Translations under genes and position numbers: made by a program
Origin: Octopus sinensis
Taxonomy: Eukaryota
Length of the DNA stretch: 64,000 nucleotides
Assembly (NCBI RefSeq): GCF_006345805.1
Contig: NC_043026.1
Span: 14,301,579 to 14,365,578, forward strand
Reading direction: 5' to 3'
In this document: positions 10,428 to 22,045 of the stretch, in pieces
Layout: each line of letters opens with the position of its first letter
Position numbering within the stretch: position 1 is the first letter of the stretch
Notes under the pieces: generated by a model
Told to the model about the DNA's origin: nothing
Databases searched by the model: none
The model's input: only the letters and a program-made list of their open reading frames with translations

Positions 10428-13160
10428 CTAATTGTATTAATGTACCTGCCCACCAATCTGAGTGTGTGTGTACTAATAGTATTAACCCTTTCGTTACCAA
10501 CCCAGCTGAAACCGGCTCTGGCTCTGTAGTACAAATGCCTTGTTTTCATAAGTTTTGAATTAAAATCTTCCTCCAAACCTTAGTCACAATTTATGTTCCT
10601 AACACTAGCTTAATGATAACTAAGTTATTTTATTAAATTCTTTGTTATGTCTAAAAAAAACTCTGAGAAAAACAGAGCATCTCAAAATAAACACAGTAAC
10701 GAAAGGGTTAATGTACCTGCCCACCTATCTGAGTGTGTGGGTGCACTAATTGTATTAATATACCTGTGTACATGTGCACTAATTGTATTAATGTACCTGC
10801 CCACCTATCTGAGTGTGTGTGTGTGTGTGCACATGTGCACTAATTGTATTAATGTACCTGCACACCTATCTGAGTGTGTGTGTGTGTGTGTGTGCACCTG
10901 TGTGCTAATTGTATTAATGTACCTGCCCACCTATCTGAGTGTGTGTGTGTGTGTGCACATGTGCACTAATTGTATTAATGTACCTGCACACCTATCTGAG
11001 TGTGTGTGTGTGTGTGCACCTGTGCACTAATTGTATTAATATACTTGCCCACCTATCTGAGTGTGTGTGTGTGCACCTGTGTACTAATTGTATTAATGTA
11101 CCTGCCCAACTATCTGAGTGTGTGTGTGTGTGTGTGTGCAATAATTGTATTTATGTACCTGCCCACCTATCTGAATGTGTGTGTGCAATAATTGTATTAA
11201 TATACCTGCCCACCTATCTGAGTGTGTGTATATGTGTGTGTGTGCTAATTGTATTAATGTACCTGCCCACCTATCTGAGTGTGTGTATATGTGTGCGTGT
11301 GCTAATTGTATTAATATACCTGTCCACCTATCTGAGTGTGTGTATATGTGTGTGTGTGCTAATTGTATTAATGTACCTGCCCACCTATCTGAGTGTGTGT
11401 ATGTGTGTGTGTGCTAATTGTATTAATTTACCTGCCCACCTATCTGAATGTGTGTGTGCAATAATTGTATTTATGTACCTGCCCACCTATCTGAATGCGT
11501 ATGTGCAATAATTGTATTAATATACCTGTCCACCTATCTGAGTGTGTGTATATGTGTGTGTGTGCTAATTGTATTAATGTACCTGCCCACCTATCTGAGT
11601 GTGTGTATGTGTGTGTGTGTGCTAATTGTATTAATGTACCTGCCCACCTATCTGAGTGTGTGTGTGCACCTGTGTGCTAATTGTATTTATGTACCTGCCC
11701 ACCTATCTGAATGTGTGTGTGCAATAATTGTATTTATGTACCTGCCCACCTATCTGAGTGTGTGTATATGTGTGTGTGTGCTAATTGTATTAATATACCT
11801 GCCCACCTATCTGAGTGTGTGTATATGTGTGTGTGTGCTAATTGTATTTATGTACCTGCCCACCTATCTGAATGTGTGTGTGCAATAATTGTATTTATGT
11901 ACCTGCCCACCTATCTGAGTGTGTGTATATGTGTGTGTGTGCTAATTGTATTAATATACCTGTCCACCTATCTGAGTGTGTGTATATGTGTGTGTGTGCT
12001 AATTGTATTAATATACCTGCCCACCTATCTGAGTGTGTGTATATGTGTGTGTGTGCTAATTGTATTAATATACCTGCCCACCTATCTGAGTGTGTGTATA
12101 TGTGTGTGTGTGCTAATTGTATTAATATACCTGCCCACCGATCTGAGTGTGTGTATATGTGTGTGTGTGCTAATTGTATTAATATACCTGCCCACCTATC
12201 TGAGTGTGTGTATATGTGTGTGTGTGCTAATTGTATTTATGTACCTGCCCACCTATCTGAATGCGTGTGTGCAATAATTGTATTAATATACCTGCCCACC
12301 TATCTGAGTGTGTGTATATGTGTGTGTGTGCTAATTGTATTTATGTACCTGCCCACCTATCTGAATGCGTGTGTGCAATAATTGTATTAATACACCTGCC
12401 CACCTATCTGAGTATGTGTATATGTGTGTGTGTGCTAGTTGTATTAATATACCTGCCCACCTATCTGAATGCGTATGTGCAATAATTGTATTAATATACC
12501 TGCCCACCTATCTGAGTGTGTGTATATGTGTGTGTGTGCAATAATTGTATTAATATAAGTTTTGAATTAAAATCTTCTTGTGTGCAATAATTGTATTAAT
12601 ATACCTGCCCACCTATCTGAGTGTGTGTATATGTGTGTGTCTGCTAATTGTATTAATATACCTGCCCACCTATCTGAGTGTGTGTATATGTGTGTGTGTG
12701 CTAATTGTATTTATGTACCTGCCCACCTATCTGAATGTGTGTGTGCAATAATTGTATTTATGTACCTGCCCACCTATCTGAGTGTGTGTATATGTGTGTG
12801 TGTGCTAATTGTATTTATGTACCTGCCCACCTATCTGAGTGTGTGTATATGTGTGTGTGTGCTAATTGTATTAATATACCTGCCCACCTATCTGAGTGTG
12901 TGTATATGTGTGTGTGTGTGTGCTAATTGTATTAATATACCTGCCCACCTATCTGAGTGTGTGCTAATTGTATTAATGTACCTGCCCACCTATCTGAGTG
13001 TGTGTGTGCACCTGTATACTAATTGTATTTATGTACCTGCCCACCGATCTGAGTGTGTGTGTACCAATTGTATTAATTAATTTACCTGCCCACCTATCTG
13101 AGTGTGTGTGTACTAATTGTATTAATGTACCTGCCCCCCTATCTGAATGTGTGTGTGCAC
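10428..13160. repeat. Minisatellite, ~45-60-bp unit (CTAATTGTATTAATGTACCTGCCCACCTATCTGAGTGTG(TG)n)
   Basis: Several dozen units with a fixed ~35-bp core and variable TG tract. Confidence 0.95.
10486..10707. mobile_element. piggyBac-type MITE family 1 (TTAA TSD, CCCTTTCGTTAC TIRs)
   Basis: TTAA-CCCTTTCGTTAC...GTAACGAAAGGG-TTAA; relatives at 19021-19221, 42551-42768, 42921-43107. Confidence 0.85.
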
Positions 13161-13344
13161 ATGCGTGCTGGTGCTTTGAGTTGCATCTGTTTCTGTAAAA
13201 ATATAATGGTTACTTACCCTTCACCATTAGCATATAGCAACAGACTGAACTATGTCCTGAGGTTAATATAATATGATCCACTTAAATGAATTAAAGCTAT
13301 AAAACTTTAACAGTATGATTGCAGTAACAAATATATAAATAAAC

Positions 13345-14536
13345 GGTGAGCTGGCAGAAACGTTAGCACGCCGGGCGAAATGCGTAGCCGTATTTCGTCT
13401 GTCGTTACTTCTGTGTTCAAATTCCGCCGAGGTCGACTTTGCCTTCATCCTTTCGGGGGTCGATAAATAAAGTACAGTTACGCACTGGAGTCGATATAAT
13501 CGACTTAATCCCTTGTCTGTCCTTGTTTGTCCCTCCGTGTTTAGCCCCTTGTGGGCAATAAAGAAATAGGTATTTCGTCTGTCTTTACGTTCTGAGTTCA
13601 AATCCCGCCGAGATCGACTTTGCCTTTCATCCTTTCGGGGTCGAAAAATAAAGTACCAGTTACGCACTGGGGTCGATATAATCGACTTAATCCCTTCGTC
13701 TGTCCTTGTTTCTCCCCTCTGTGTTTAGCCCCTTGTGGGCAATAAAGAAATAGGTATTTCATCTGTCTTTACGTTCTGAGTTCAAATCCCGCCGAGGTCG
13801 ACTTTGCCGTTCATCCTTTCAGGATCAATAAATAAAGTACCAGTTTCGCACTGGGGTCGATGCAATCGACTTAATCCCTTTGTCTGTCCCCTCTGTGTTT
13901 AGCCCCTTGTGGGTAATAAAGAAAGAGGTATTTTGTCTGTTTTTACGTTCTGAGTTCAAATCCCGCCGAGGTCGACCTTGCCGTTCATCCTTTCGGGATC
14001 GATAAATAAAGTACCAGTTTTGCACTGGGGTCGATGTAATCGACTTAATCCCTTTGTCTGTCCCCTCTATGGTTTAATATCTTTAGATTAAACTGCTGGA
14101 GTTGGCAGAAACGTTCTGAGTTCAAATTCCGCTGAGGTCGACTTTGCCTTTCATCCTTTCGGGGTCGATTAAATAAGTACCAGTTACGCACTGGGGTCGA
14201 TATAGTCGACTTGATACGTTTGTCCTCTCTGAGTTCAAATTCCGCCGAGGTCGACTTTGCCTTTCATCCTTTGAGGGTCGATTAAATAAGTACCAGTTAT
14301 GTACTGGGGTCGATATAGTCGACTTAATATGTTTGTCCTCTCTGTGTTTAGCCCCTTGTGGATAGTAAAGAAATAGGTATTTCGTCTGCCATTACGTTCT
14401 GAGTTCAAATTCCACCGAGGTCAACTTTGCCTTTCATCCTTTCGGGGGTCGATTAAATAAGTACCAGTAACGCACTGGGGTCGATATAGTCGACTTAATA
14501 CACTTGTCCTTGTTTGTCCTCTCTGTGTTTAGCCCC
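13345..14536 (+). mobile_element. SINE family B (head GGTGAGCTGGCAGAAACGTTAG, core GTCGACTTTGCCTTTCATCCTTTCGGGGTCGAT), tandem concatemer
   Basis: One head followed by about 7 head-less bodies; other copies 27020-27245, 29801-30033(-), 33238-34000, 43432-43655, 45044-45810(-), 57065-57295(-), 60493-61245(-). Confidence 0.9.
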
Positions 14537-14656
14537 TTGTGGGTAGTAAAGAAATAGATTAATATGTGTGTAAAGTTTGGTGAAAATCAGTTGAGAAGTT
14601 TGGAAATGCATGCATTAGTTATTATGCAGACACATAGATGACAACAAAACACTCAC

Positions 14657-14759
14657 TTGTTTTTCATACTGTTTCTTCATCTCTTGCATCTGAGTTTCCA
14701 TCTTTTTCAAGCGGCTCTGGTATTTTTTCTTGGCTTTTTCAAAAGCTGATATCAAGGCA
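14657..14759 (-). CDS. MCC: MCC exon (C-ALISAFEKAKKKYQSRLKKMETQMQEMKKQYEKQ)
   Basis: ttttccAG acceptor, CAA|GTGAGT donor, 103 nt, phase 2 to 0; EKAKKK.Q..LKK.E.QM motif. Confidence 0.95.
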
Positions 14760-15481
14760 CTGGAAAATATAAGAAATAAGAATAAAGAACTTATATGATG
14801 CTGGCCACTTCCAGTTGTAAACTACTTAAGAACCCTCTGGTCCTCCAAAATCTCACTTTCCTGTTCCGCTCTATGTTGACTCGTATCTTACCATGCGAAA
14901 TGCCCAGTTTAAGAAATTTCTCTAGCTTTTAAATCGTTCATCATTCTCATAGGCGCAGGAGTGGCTGTGTGGTAAGTAGCTTGCTAACCAGCCACATGGT
15001 TCCGGGTTCAGTCCCACTGCGTCGCATCTTGGGCAAGTGTCTTCTGCTATAGCCCCGGGCCGACCAAAGCCTTGTGAGTGGATTTGGTAGACGGAAACTG
15101 AAAGAAGCCTGTCGTATATATGTATATATATATAGGCGCAGGAGTGGCTGTGTGGTAAGTAGCTTGCTAACCAACCACGTGGTTCTGGGTTCAGTCTCAC
15201 TGCGTGGCACCTTGGGCATGTGTCTTCTGCTATAGCCCCGGGCCGACCAATGCATTGTGAGTGGATTTGGTTGATGGAAACTGAAAGAAGCCCATTATGT
15301 GTATATATATATATATATATATAGGTGCAGGAGTGGCTGTGTGGTAAGTAGCTTGCTTACCAACCACATGGTTCCGAGTTCAGTCCAACTGCGTGGCATC
15401 TTGGGCAACTGTCTTCTGCTATAGCCCCGGGCCAACCAATGCCTTGTGAGTGGATTTGGTAGACGGAAACTGAAAGAAGCC

Positions 15482-15541
<60 letters not shown>

Positions 15542-15993
15542 TATATATATGTATGTTTGTGTATATGATTGTCCCCCCAACATCACTTGACAACCGATGC
15601 TGGTGTGTTTATGTCCCCGTAACTTAGCGGTTCGGCAAAGGAGACCGATAGAATAAGTACAAAGAATAAGTCCTTTGGTCGATTTGCTCGACTAAAGGCG
15701 GTGCTCCAGCATGGCCGCAGTCAAATGACTGAAACAAGTAAAAGAGACCGATAGAATAAGTACCGGGCTTACAAAGAATAAGTCCTGGGTTTGATTTGCT
15801 CGACTAAAGGGGGGGTGCTCCAGCATGGCCACAGTCACATGACTGAAACAAGTAAAAGAGACTGGGAGAATAAGTACTAGGCTTACAAAGAATAAGTCCT
15901 GGGGTCGATTTGCTCGACTAAAGGGGGGTGCTGCAGCATGGCTACAGTCATATGAGTGAAACAAGTAAAAAGGGTAAAAAGGGGTCATCTTAC

Positions 15994-16190
15994 CAATTGG
16001 CACGCTTCAAGTCATTCACAAATTCCGTTGATTGTTGCTGTCGAATCTCTGAGTTTCGTGAGAGTTTCTCCAAAGTAATCATCAACTCCTGTATTCTACC
16101 TTTCAGCTTCTTCTCCCGTCTCTGGGCCTCACTAATCTCATTGGCATGACCGTCTATACTTACATTGCCACTGTCAGCATTATCAACATC
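15994..16190 (-). CDS. MCC: MCC exon with second family motif (DVDNADSGN...AQRREKKLKGRIQELMITLEKLSRNSEIRQQQSTEFVNDLKRAN-C)
   Basis: AAGCAG acceptor, TG|GTAAGA donor, 197 nt, phase 0 to 2; RREKKLK and EFVNDLKRAN motifs. Confidence 0.96.
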
Positions 16191-16912
16191 CTGCTTAAAG
16201 AGAGAGAGAGAGAGAGAGAGTGTGTGTATGTGAAGTGAAGATGGAAAAGTATGGAAGACAGAGAGAGGAAAAGTGACCAACAAAAGAGAGAGAGAGAGAG
16301 AAACCTATATATATATATATATATATACACAAATATTATAAAACCTATTTCTTTATTACCCACTACACTCTCGGAGTGGTTGGCGTTAGGAAGGGCATCC
16401 AGCCGTAGAAACACTGCCAGATTTGACTGGGCCTGATGAAGCCTTCTCGCTTCACAGACCCCAGTCGAACCGTCCAACCCATGCTAGCATGGAGAACGGA
16501 TGTATGACGATGATGATATATATATATAAGAATTAACATTTCCTTCTCTAAGCCTAGATTCGAAACCGAATCCAAGAATTCTCGGTCGTCCAAACCACGA
16601 CGATCAACAGGCGCGAAAAAAGGTTTTCTTTGTCCTGTCAAAAATTGATTGATCATCTCCCTTTGACCTGCGACCTCAGCATGTCAGGCGAAGTTCAACT
16701 GGACAAGCGCTGGCCTATTTAGGTACAAACTCTGCTGCAGTATGTCTGTCTTTCTAGCTGCCACAAATATTATAAAAACCAGTGGTGAAACACCAGAGGC
16801 AGACAGACGAGGTAGATCTGTCTACGACCCAAGGTTTAGGCAGACCGAGGGACAGAGAGAAATGTTCGAAGTGCCGAGAGACTACTGTTTCGAATGAAAC
16901 ATGCACACATAC

Positions 16913-16976
<64 letters not shown>

Positions 16977-17179
16977 GAACGGGCTTCTTTCAGTTTCTGT
17001 CTACCAAATCCACTCACAAGGCTTTGGTCCTAATATGTACTCTGTATTTCTAGCAACTCGTAGCAGTTGCCTACATTTTGTATGTCGTATACCTATAACA
17101 AATCAAACCCTGTAAATAAATTCCTTTCAATCATGAATCGGTTTACGTATTTGTTTACATACACACCTAACCACTACAT

Positions 17180-17580
17180 ATATATATATGTATGTATATA
17201 TATATATATATATATACATACATATATATACATATATATATATATAATATATATATATATACATACATATATATACATATATGTATACATACATATATAT
17301 ACATATATATATATACACATATATATACACATATATATACATATATATACATACATATACATGTATATATATGTATATATATACATATATATACATACAT
17401 ATATATACATATATATATAATATACGCATATATATACACATATATATACACATATATATACATATATATATACACATATATATATACACATATATACACA
17501 TATATATATACACATATATACACATATACATATACACATATATATATATACATATATATACACATATATATATATACAGA
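17180..17580. repeat. Compound (TA)n/(TACA)n microsatellite
   Basis: Direct inspection; similar tracts at 4220-4410, 50030-50610, 52630-52770, 58950-59150. Confidence 0.95.
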
Positions 17581-17607
17581 GAGAGAGGGAGGGTGAGAGT
17601 TACTTAC

Positions 17608-17790
17608 TGCATGTTTGGAACTGTGTCGTTCTTTGAGTTGATGCTGTAGTTCCTTGATTTCATTGTTCAAATGGTCAATCTGGAGACGATAGGCCTGACC
17701 CTGGGACTCCTTGTCACTCATCCGAAGATCTAAGGCCTTTTTCTCCTTCTCTAGTAGGTAGTTTTGAGATTTAAGTTCAGCCTTTTCTTC
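17608..17790 (-). CDS. MCC: MCC exon ([61 protein letters not shown])
   Basis: attatAG acceptor, GCA|GTAAGT donor, 183 nt, phase 0 to 0; [14 protein letters not shown] motif. Confidence 0.95.
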
Positions 17791-17794
17791 CTAT

Positions 17795-18075
17795 AATAAT
17801 AATAATTCAAAAGATAGTGCTCATGGAAACTGCTCATATCCTATGCAAAATACTTTCTATGTAATCTCCAGTTTTAAAACAAACATAATTTTCGTATGGT
17901 TTTTTAGGCATTCACTAGTACAACACTAAGTACAAAACCAAATATATGACACCCTAGGCATAACACCAACATGAACTTCCAACTAGTTGTCTCTTGAGGT
18001 CTTTGGGTGAGACTTGGAGTCAGCTTGTGTAAATGTAAAACAAAAGTCAAACATAGAATAATAATAATAATAATA
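17795..18075 (+). mobile_element. R4/Dong-clade LINE 3' end flanked by (AAT)n
   Basis: IQKIVLMETAHILCKILSM* (restriction-like endonuclease C-terminus), 3' UTR, (AAT)n tail; same family at 55390-55750. Confidence 0.7.
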
Positions 18076-18596
18076 AATGCCCTGATGCAGTACCAGGCAG
18101 TGGCTCCTGATCTTAACTGATTGGAAGTGTCATCATGTACATTGTTTTTTCTTGGTATAAAAGATGGGCTACAGCAAATATTCTGCTCAATACCACAGAT
18201 TTGCTTATCAGTTGTTTGACCTTAACCAGTTGAGCATGTCTCTTAGTGGCTGACGATATGTACATCTCTGATCACGAGCAGTTTAGTGGGGGAGCATCAT
18301 AGCCATGTGTTGAGAGGGATTCTTTGGGGTTTGAATAGTTCACCTCTGGAAACATGGGTGGTTCTTTCAACATCCTTAAACAACCCTTATTCAGGGACCG
18401 CTTGAGCGGGATGGGCTACTCGACCTGAAGAAAATTCTAACTGGGCCCCACCTGCAAGGTTATACGCTGTTTATCTTGATATGAGATCACCATGTCGCGC
18501 ACATATGGTTGTGATGCATGTGCCTGGTGAGATAGAGAAGAGACAAAATGGTAATAACAATGAGAGAGGGAGAGTGGTGTCAAACAGCGCCTCTCA

Positions 18597-18838
18597 CTCT
18601 TGTTGATCAGATGTACCTAAGAGGGGCAACCCTGAATAAACTGATAAAGCATATAGCATTATATATAATTCAGCCAACACATTGAATGATTTGTGCCAGT
18701 AGATCGCCCGATCGAGAAAAAATAATGGAGCAATGGCTTTTAAGCAGTGTTTACGTATAATCACAACTTAGGTTAGTTGAAATATGTTTGTCAGTTCATT
18801 CAGGGTTGCTCCCCTTAGGTACATCTGATTGACAAGAG
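18597..18838. mobile_element. MITE-like element with ~55-bp imperfect terminal inverted repeats
   Basis: CTCTTGTTGATCAGATGTACCTAAGAGGGGCAACCCTGAAT... versus ...ATTCAGGGTTGCTCCCCTTAGGTACATCTGATTGACAAGAG. Confidence 0.65.
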
Positions 18839-19657
18839 CCAATAAACTTGAAACATCGATGTCTCAGATTCCTGAGAAAGGGCGACACTGAAGGAATGGG
18901 GTGTTTTCACACCTTTTACCATAAGAGAGAATTTTTTTCTCCACCGTAACTGAAGTGTATTTGCCTTTAGCAGTTGAAATATGTGACAAACACATTTCAA
19001 CTAACCTAAATTAGGATTATCCCTTTCGTTACTGTATTTATTTTGAGATGCTCTATGTTTCTTTCAATTACTTTAAATATAATTTAGTTATCATTCAGCC
19101 GGTGTTAGGAATATAAATTGTAACTAAGGTTTGGTGGAAGATTTTAATTAAAAACTTATGAAAATAAGACGTTTGTACTACAGAGCCAGAGCCGGTTTCA
19201 GCCGGGTTGGTAATGAAAGGGTTAAATATATATGCCAGTGCCGCCTTGACTGGCTTCCGTGCTGGTGGCACATAAAATGCACCAATCTGATTGTGGCTGT
19301 TGCCAGCCTCGCCTGGCACCTGTGCCAGTGGCACGTAAAAAGCACCCACTACACTCACAGAGTGGTTGGCGTTAGGAAGGGTATCCAGCTGTAGAAACAC
19401 TGCCAGATCAGACTAGAGCCTGGTGCAGCCTTCTGGCTTCCCAGATCCCCGGTCGAACCGTTCAACCCATGCTAGCATGGAGAATAGATGTTAAACAATG
19501 AGAGAGAGAAGTGTATTCCCATGCAGGAAAAATTATAGAACAATTTGTTTGGGATTTTGAGATCCAGGTGCATTTTCAAATCCCAAAACAAATTCTCCTA
19601 CATATATATATATATATATATATATAGGAAAAAAGCAACAAGAACGGATCAATATAT

Positions 19658-19740
19658 CGGTGCAATTGTTTCGTACGAGGACATCTTTAATAAAGCTACA
19701 AAAATTGCAGTAAATATAGGTGGCTCGTACTCATCAGCCG
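19658..19740 (-). ncRNA. Hammerhead relic (U16.1C)
   Basis: CGG-CUGAUGA-GUACGAG...CUCGUAC-GAAAC-AAUU-GCA-CCG; perfect 7-bp stem II; GCA where GUA is required. Confidence 0.6.
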
Positions 19741-19935
19741 GGAAAAAATAAACATCGAATTTTCCCCTAAAGACATCCCCCTCCATAGTAAGGACGAGTA
19801 TTATTGCTTTTTTCCTATTTGTAATCACCCCACTTGTCGTATGGTTAACACCATATAGATTTCCGGTGCATCCTAGTTAAGGACCATATTCATGTGAATT
19901 CATTAGAACTCACTTGAATCTCAATTATTTAAAAA

Positions 19936-19972
<37 letters not shown>

Positions 19973-20040
19973 GTGTTTTTTTGTGTGTGCACACTACAAA
20001 CACACACACACATATGCACACCATACAACCAGTTACGTAC

Positions 20041-20302
20041 CTTCATGGCCATTAACTCCTGCATGAGTACTGCATTCTCCAGATCCAAACTCTGGGTGTC
20101 GATGCTCGGTGCAGGGCCGGAGTCTGAAGCCCGGTCCACATGGACACTCTCAAGTTCCATGACGGTCATCTTCACCGAAGCACGGTCGTTCTTCAATTGC
20201 TGGATATATTCTCGTAGTCGCAGCTCATCTGATTTGCTGAAATCTACTTCATCACATACAACAGCAGCAGCAGCGGCACTTCCATCTGAACCTGTTGTTG
20301 TG
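20041..20302 (-). CDS. MCC: MCC exon (S-TTTGSDG...SKSDELRLREYIQQLKNDRASVKMTVMELESVH...LDLENAVLMQELMAMK)
   Basis: acttccAG acceptor, AAG|GTACGT donor, 262 nt, phase 2 to 0; near-identical to MCC YIQQLKNDRAAVK and LDLENAVLMQELMAMK. Confidence 0.96.
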
Positions 20303-20523
20303 CTGGAAGTAAAAAGGGAATATATATATATGTATGTGTATGCGTATGTGTAGGCGCAGGAGTGGCTGTGTGGTAAGTAGCTTGCTTACCAACCACTTGG
20401 TTCCGGGTTCAGTCCCACTGCGTGGCACCTTGGGCAAGTGTCTTCTACTATAGCCTCGAGCCGACCAAAGCCTTGTGAGTGGATTTGGTAGACGGAAACT
20501 GAAAGAAGCCCGTCGTATATATG

Positions 20524-20554
<31 letters not shown>

Positions 20555-21194
20555 ATGTGTTTGTTCCCCTAGCATTGCTTGATAACCGACGCTGGTATGT
20601 TTATGTCCCCGTTACTTAGCAGTTCGGCAAAAGAGACCGATAGAATAAGTACTAGGCTTACAAAGAATAAGTCCTGGGGGTCAATTTGCTCGACTAAAAG
20701 GCGGTGCTCCAGCATGGCCGCAGTCAAATGACTGAAACGAGTAAAAAGAGTAAGAGTACATATATACACATATATATCGTGCCAGCTTCGCCTGGCCTCC
20801 GTGCCGGTGGCACGTAAAAATCACCATCCGAGCGTGGCCGTTCGCCAGCCTCGTCTGGCACCTGTGTCGGTGGCACATAAAAAACACCATCCGAGCGTGA
20901 CCGTCTGCCAGCCTCGTCTGGCACCTGTGTCGGTGGCACGTAAAAAGCACCCACTACACTCACAGAGTGGTTGGTGTTAGGAACGGCATCCATCTGAAGA
21001 AACACTGCCAGATCTGACTGGAGCCTGGTGCAGCCTTCGGGCTTCCCAGACCCCAGTTGAACCGTCCAACCCATGCTAGCATGGAAAGCGGACGTTAAAC
21101 GATGATGATACACACACACATACAAAGGTATGTGAAACCAAGCTTGAGGGTAAGAGTAATCGATGATGAGAGCAAAGGAACTGATGATGCTTAC

Positions 21195-21384
21195 CTGACA
21201 GTGTGGCTTGTTGACATATCATCCCACGGCCGAGGTGAACAGTTCTGGGGAGTGTTGATACCGCAACTGCGGTCCAGTTTCTGCAGTAATTGCTTAGCCA
21301 TGCTCACCGCTGTCTGTCGGGCTTGGTATGCCTTCTGAAGAAGGTGTGCAGCATGTTGTTGCTCCTTCTCTGATGCCGGTTCAC
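21195..21384 (-). CDS. MCC: MCC exon (G-EPASEKEQQHAAHLLQKAYQARQTAVSMAKQLLQKLDRSCGINTPQNCSPRPWDDMSTSHTV-S)
   Basis: CAGCAG acceptor, AG|GTAAGC donor, 190 nt, phase 1 to 2; KLDRSCG...PW matches MCC KLDGSCG...PW. Confidence 0.93.
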
Positions 21385-21639
21385 CTGCTGCGAAAGTGGG
21401 GAAGAAAAATGTACAAAACAGAGGATAGTCAAAAAGAAAGATGGAGAGAGGACGGATGCCTCCATGTATCAGCGATGGTCATATTTGTCTAACAAGTTTA
21501 CACCCTTCATACACACACACAAACACACATATATATAGATAACGGGAAGCTTTATGAAAATAAACAAAAGACGAAGGCAGGTGAAATACAAACAAACAAT
21601 TGTATTAGTATGGCGCTCAGGAAATATAAATAAAACAAG

Positions 21640-21677
21640 TCTTTTACGTTTCGAGCCTACGCTCTTCAACAGAAAGA
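21640..21677 (-). ncRNA. Minimal hammerhead relic (A6U)
   Basis: UCUUU-CUGUUGA-A-GAGC GUAG GCUC-GAAACGUA-AAAGA; stems I and II perfect, ACGU palindrome, core CUGUUGA. Confidence 0.6.
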
Positions 21678-21789
21678 TATACAGAAAAGAAACACGGAGA
21701 GAAACAAGGAGAGAAAAAAATGCATGCAGAGGCTAGCGAATCAACATGGCGATATATATACACACATACACATACATACATACATTCTG

Positions 21790-22045
21790 AGAGGCCCCCT
21801 TCGGTCACGACACCTAGAAAGTTACCCTCCCAGGCACAAGTCCGGGCAAGGTTGTTTATAGAAGACCAGCAGTCGCCCATGCATACCGGCCTCCCCTCTC
21901 CACACTACTGATGTTATCCAAGGGAAAGGCAAAGGTCAATGAAGCTTGGCACCAGTGACGTCGCAACTCATTTCTAAAGCTGAGTGAATTGGAGCAACGT
22001 GAAATAAAGTGTCTTGCTCAAGAACACAACACGCAGTCCGGGATG
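21790..22045 (-). mobile_element. Additional SINE family E remnant
   Basis: Minus strand TTGTGTTCTTGAGCAAGACACTTTATTTCACGTTGCTCCAATTCACTCAGC, typical of conserved-domain SINE bodies. Confidence 0.55.

Noticed and set aside
10647-13198. Many Cys/Val-rich ORFs
   Set aside because: Translations of the minisatellite and TG tracts.
13205-13300. Minus-strand GAAGG|GTAAGT donor in the last MCC intron
   Set aside because: No upstream acceptor gives an open phase-0 to phase-0 exon.
17067-17600. Long Y/I/M/C-rich ORFs (also 49953-50578, 58914-59453, 59696-60406)
   Set aside because: Translations of (TA)n/(CA)n microsatellites; only 17608-17790 is a real exon.
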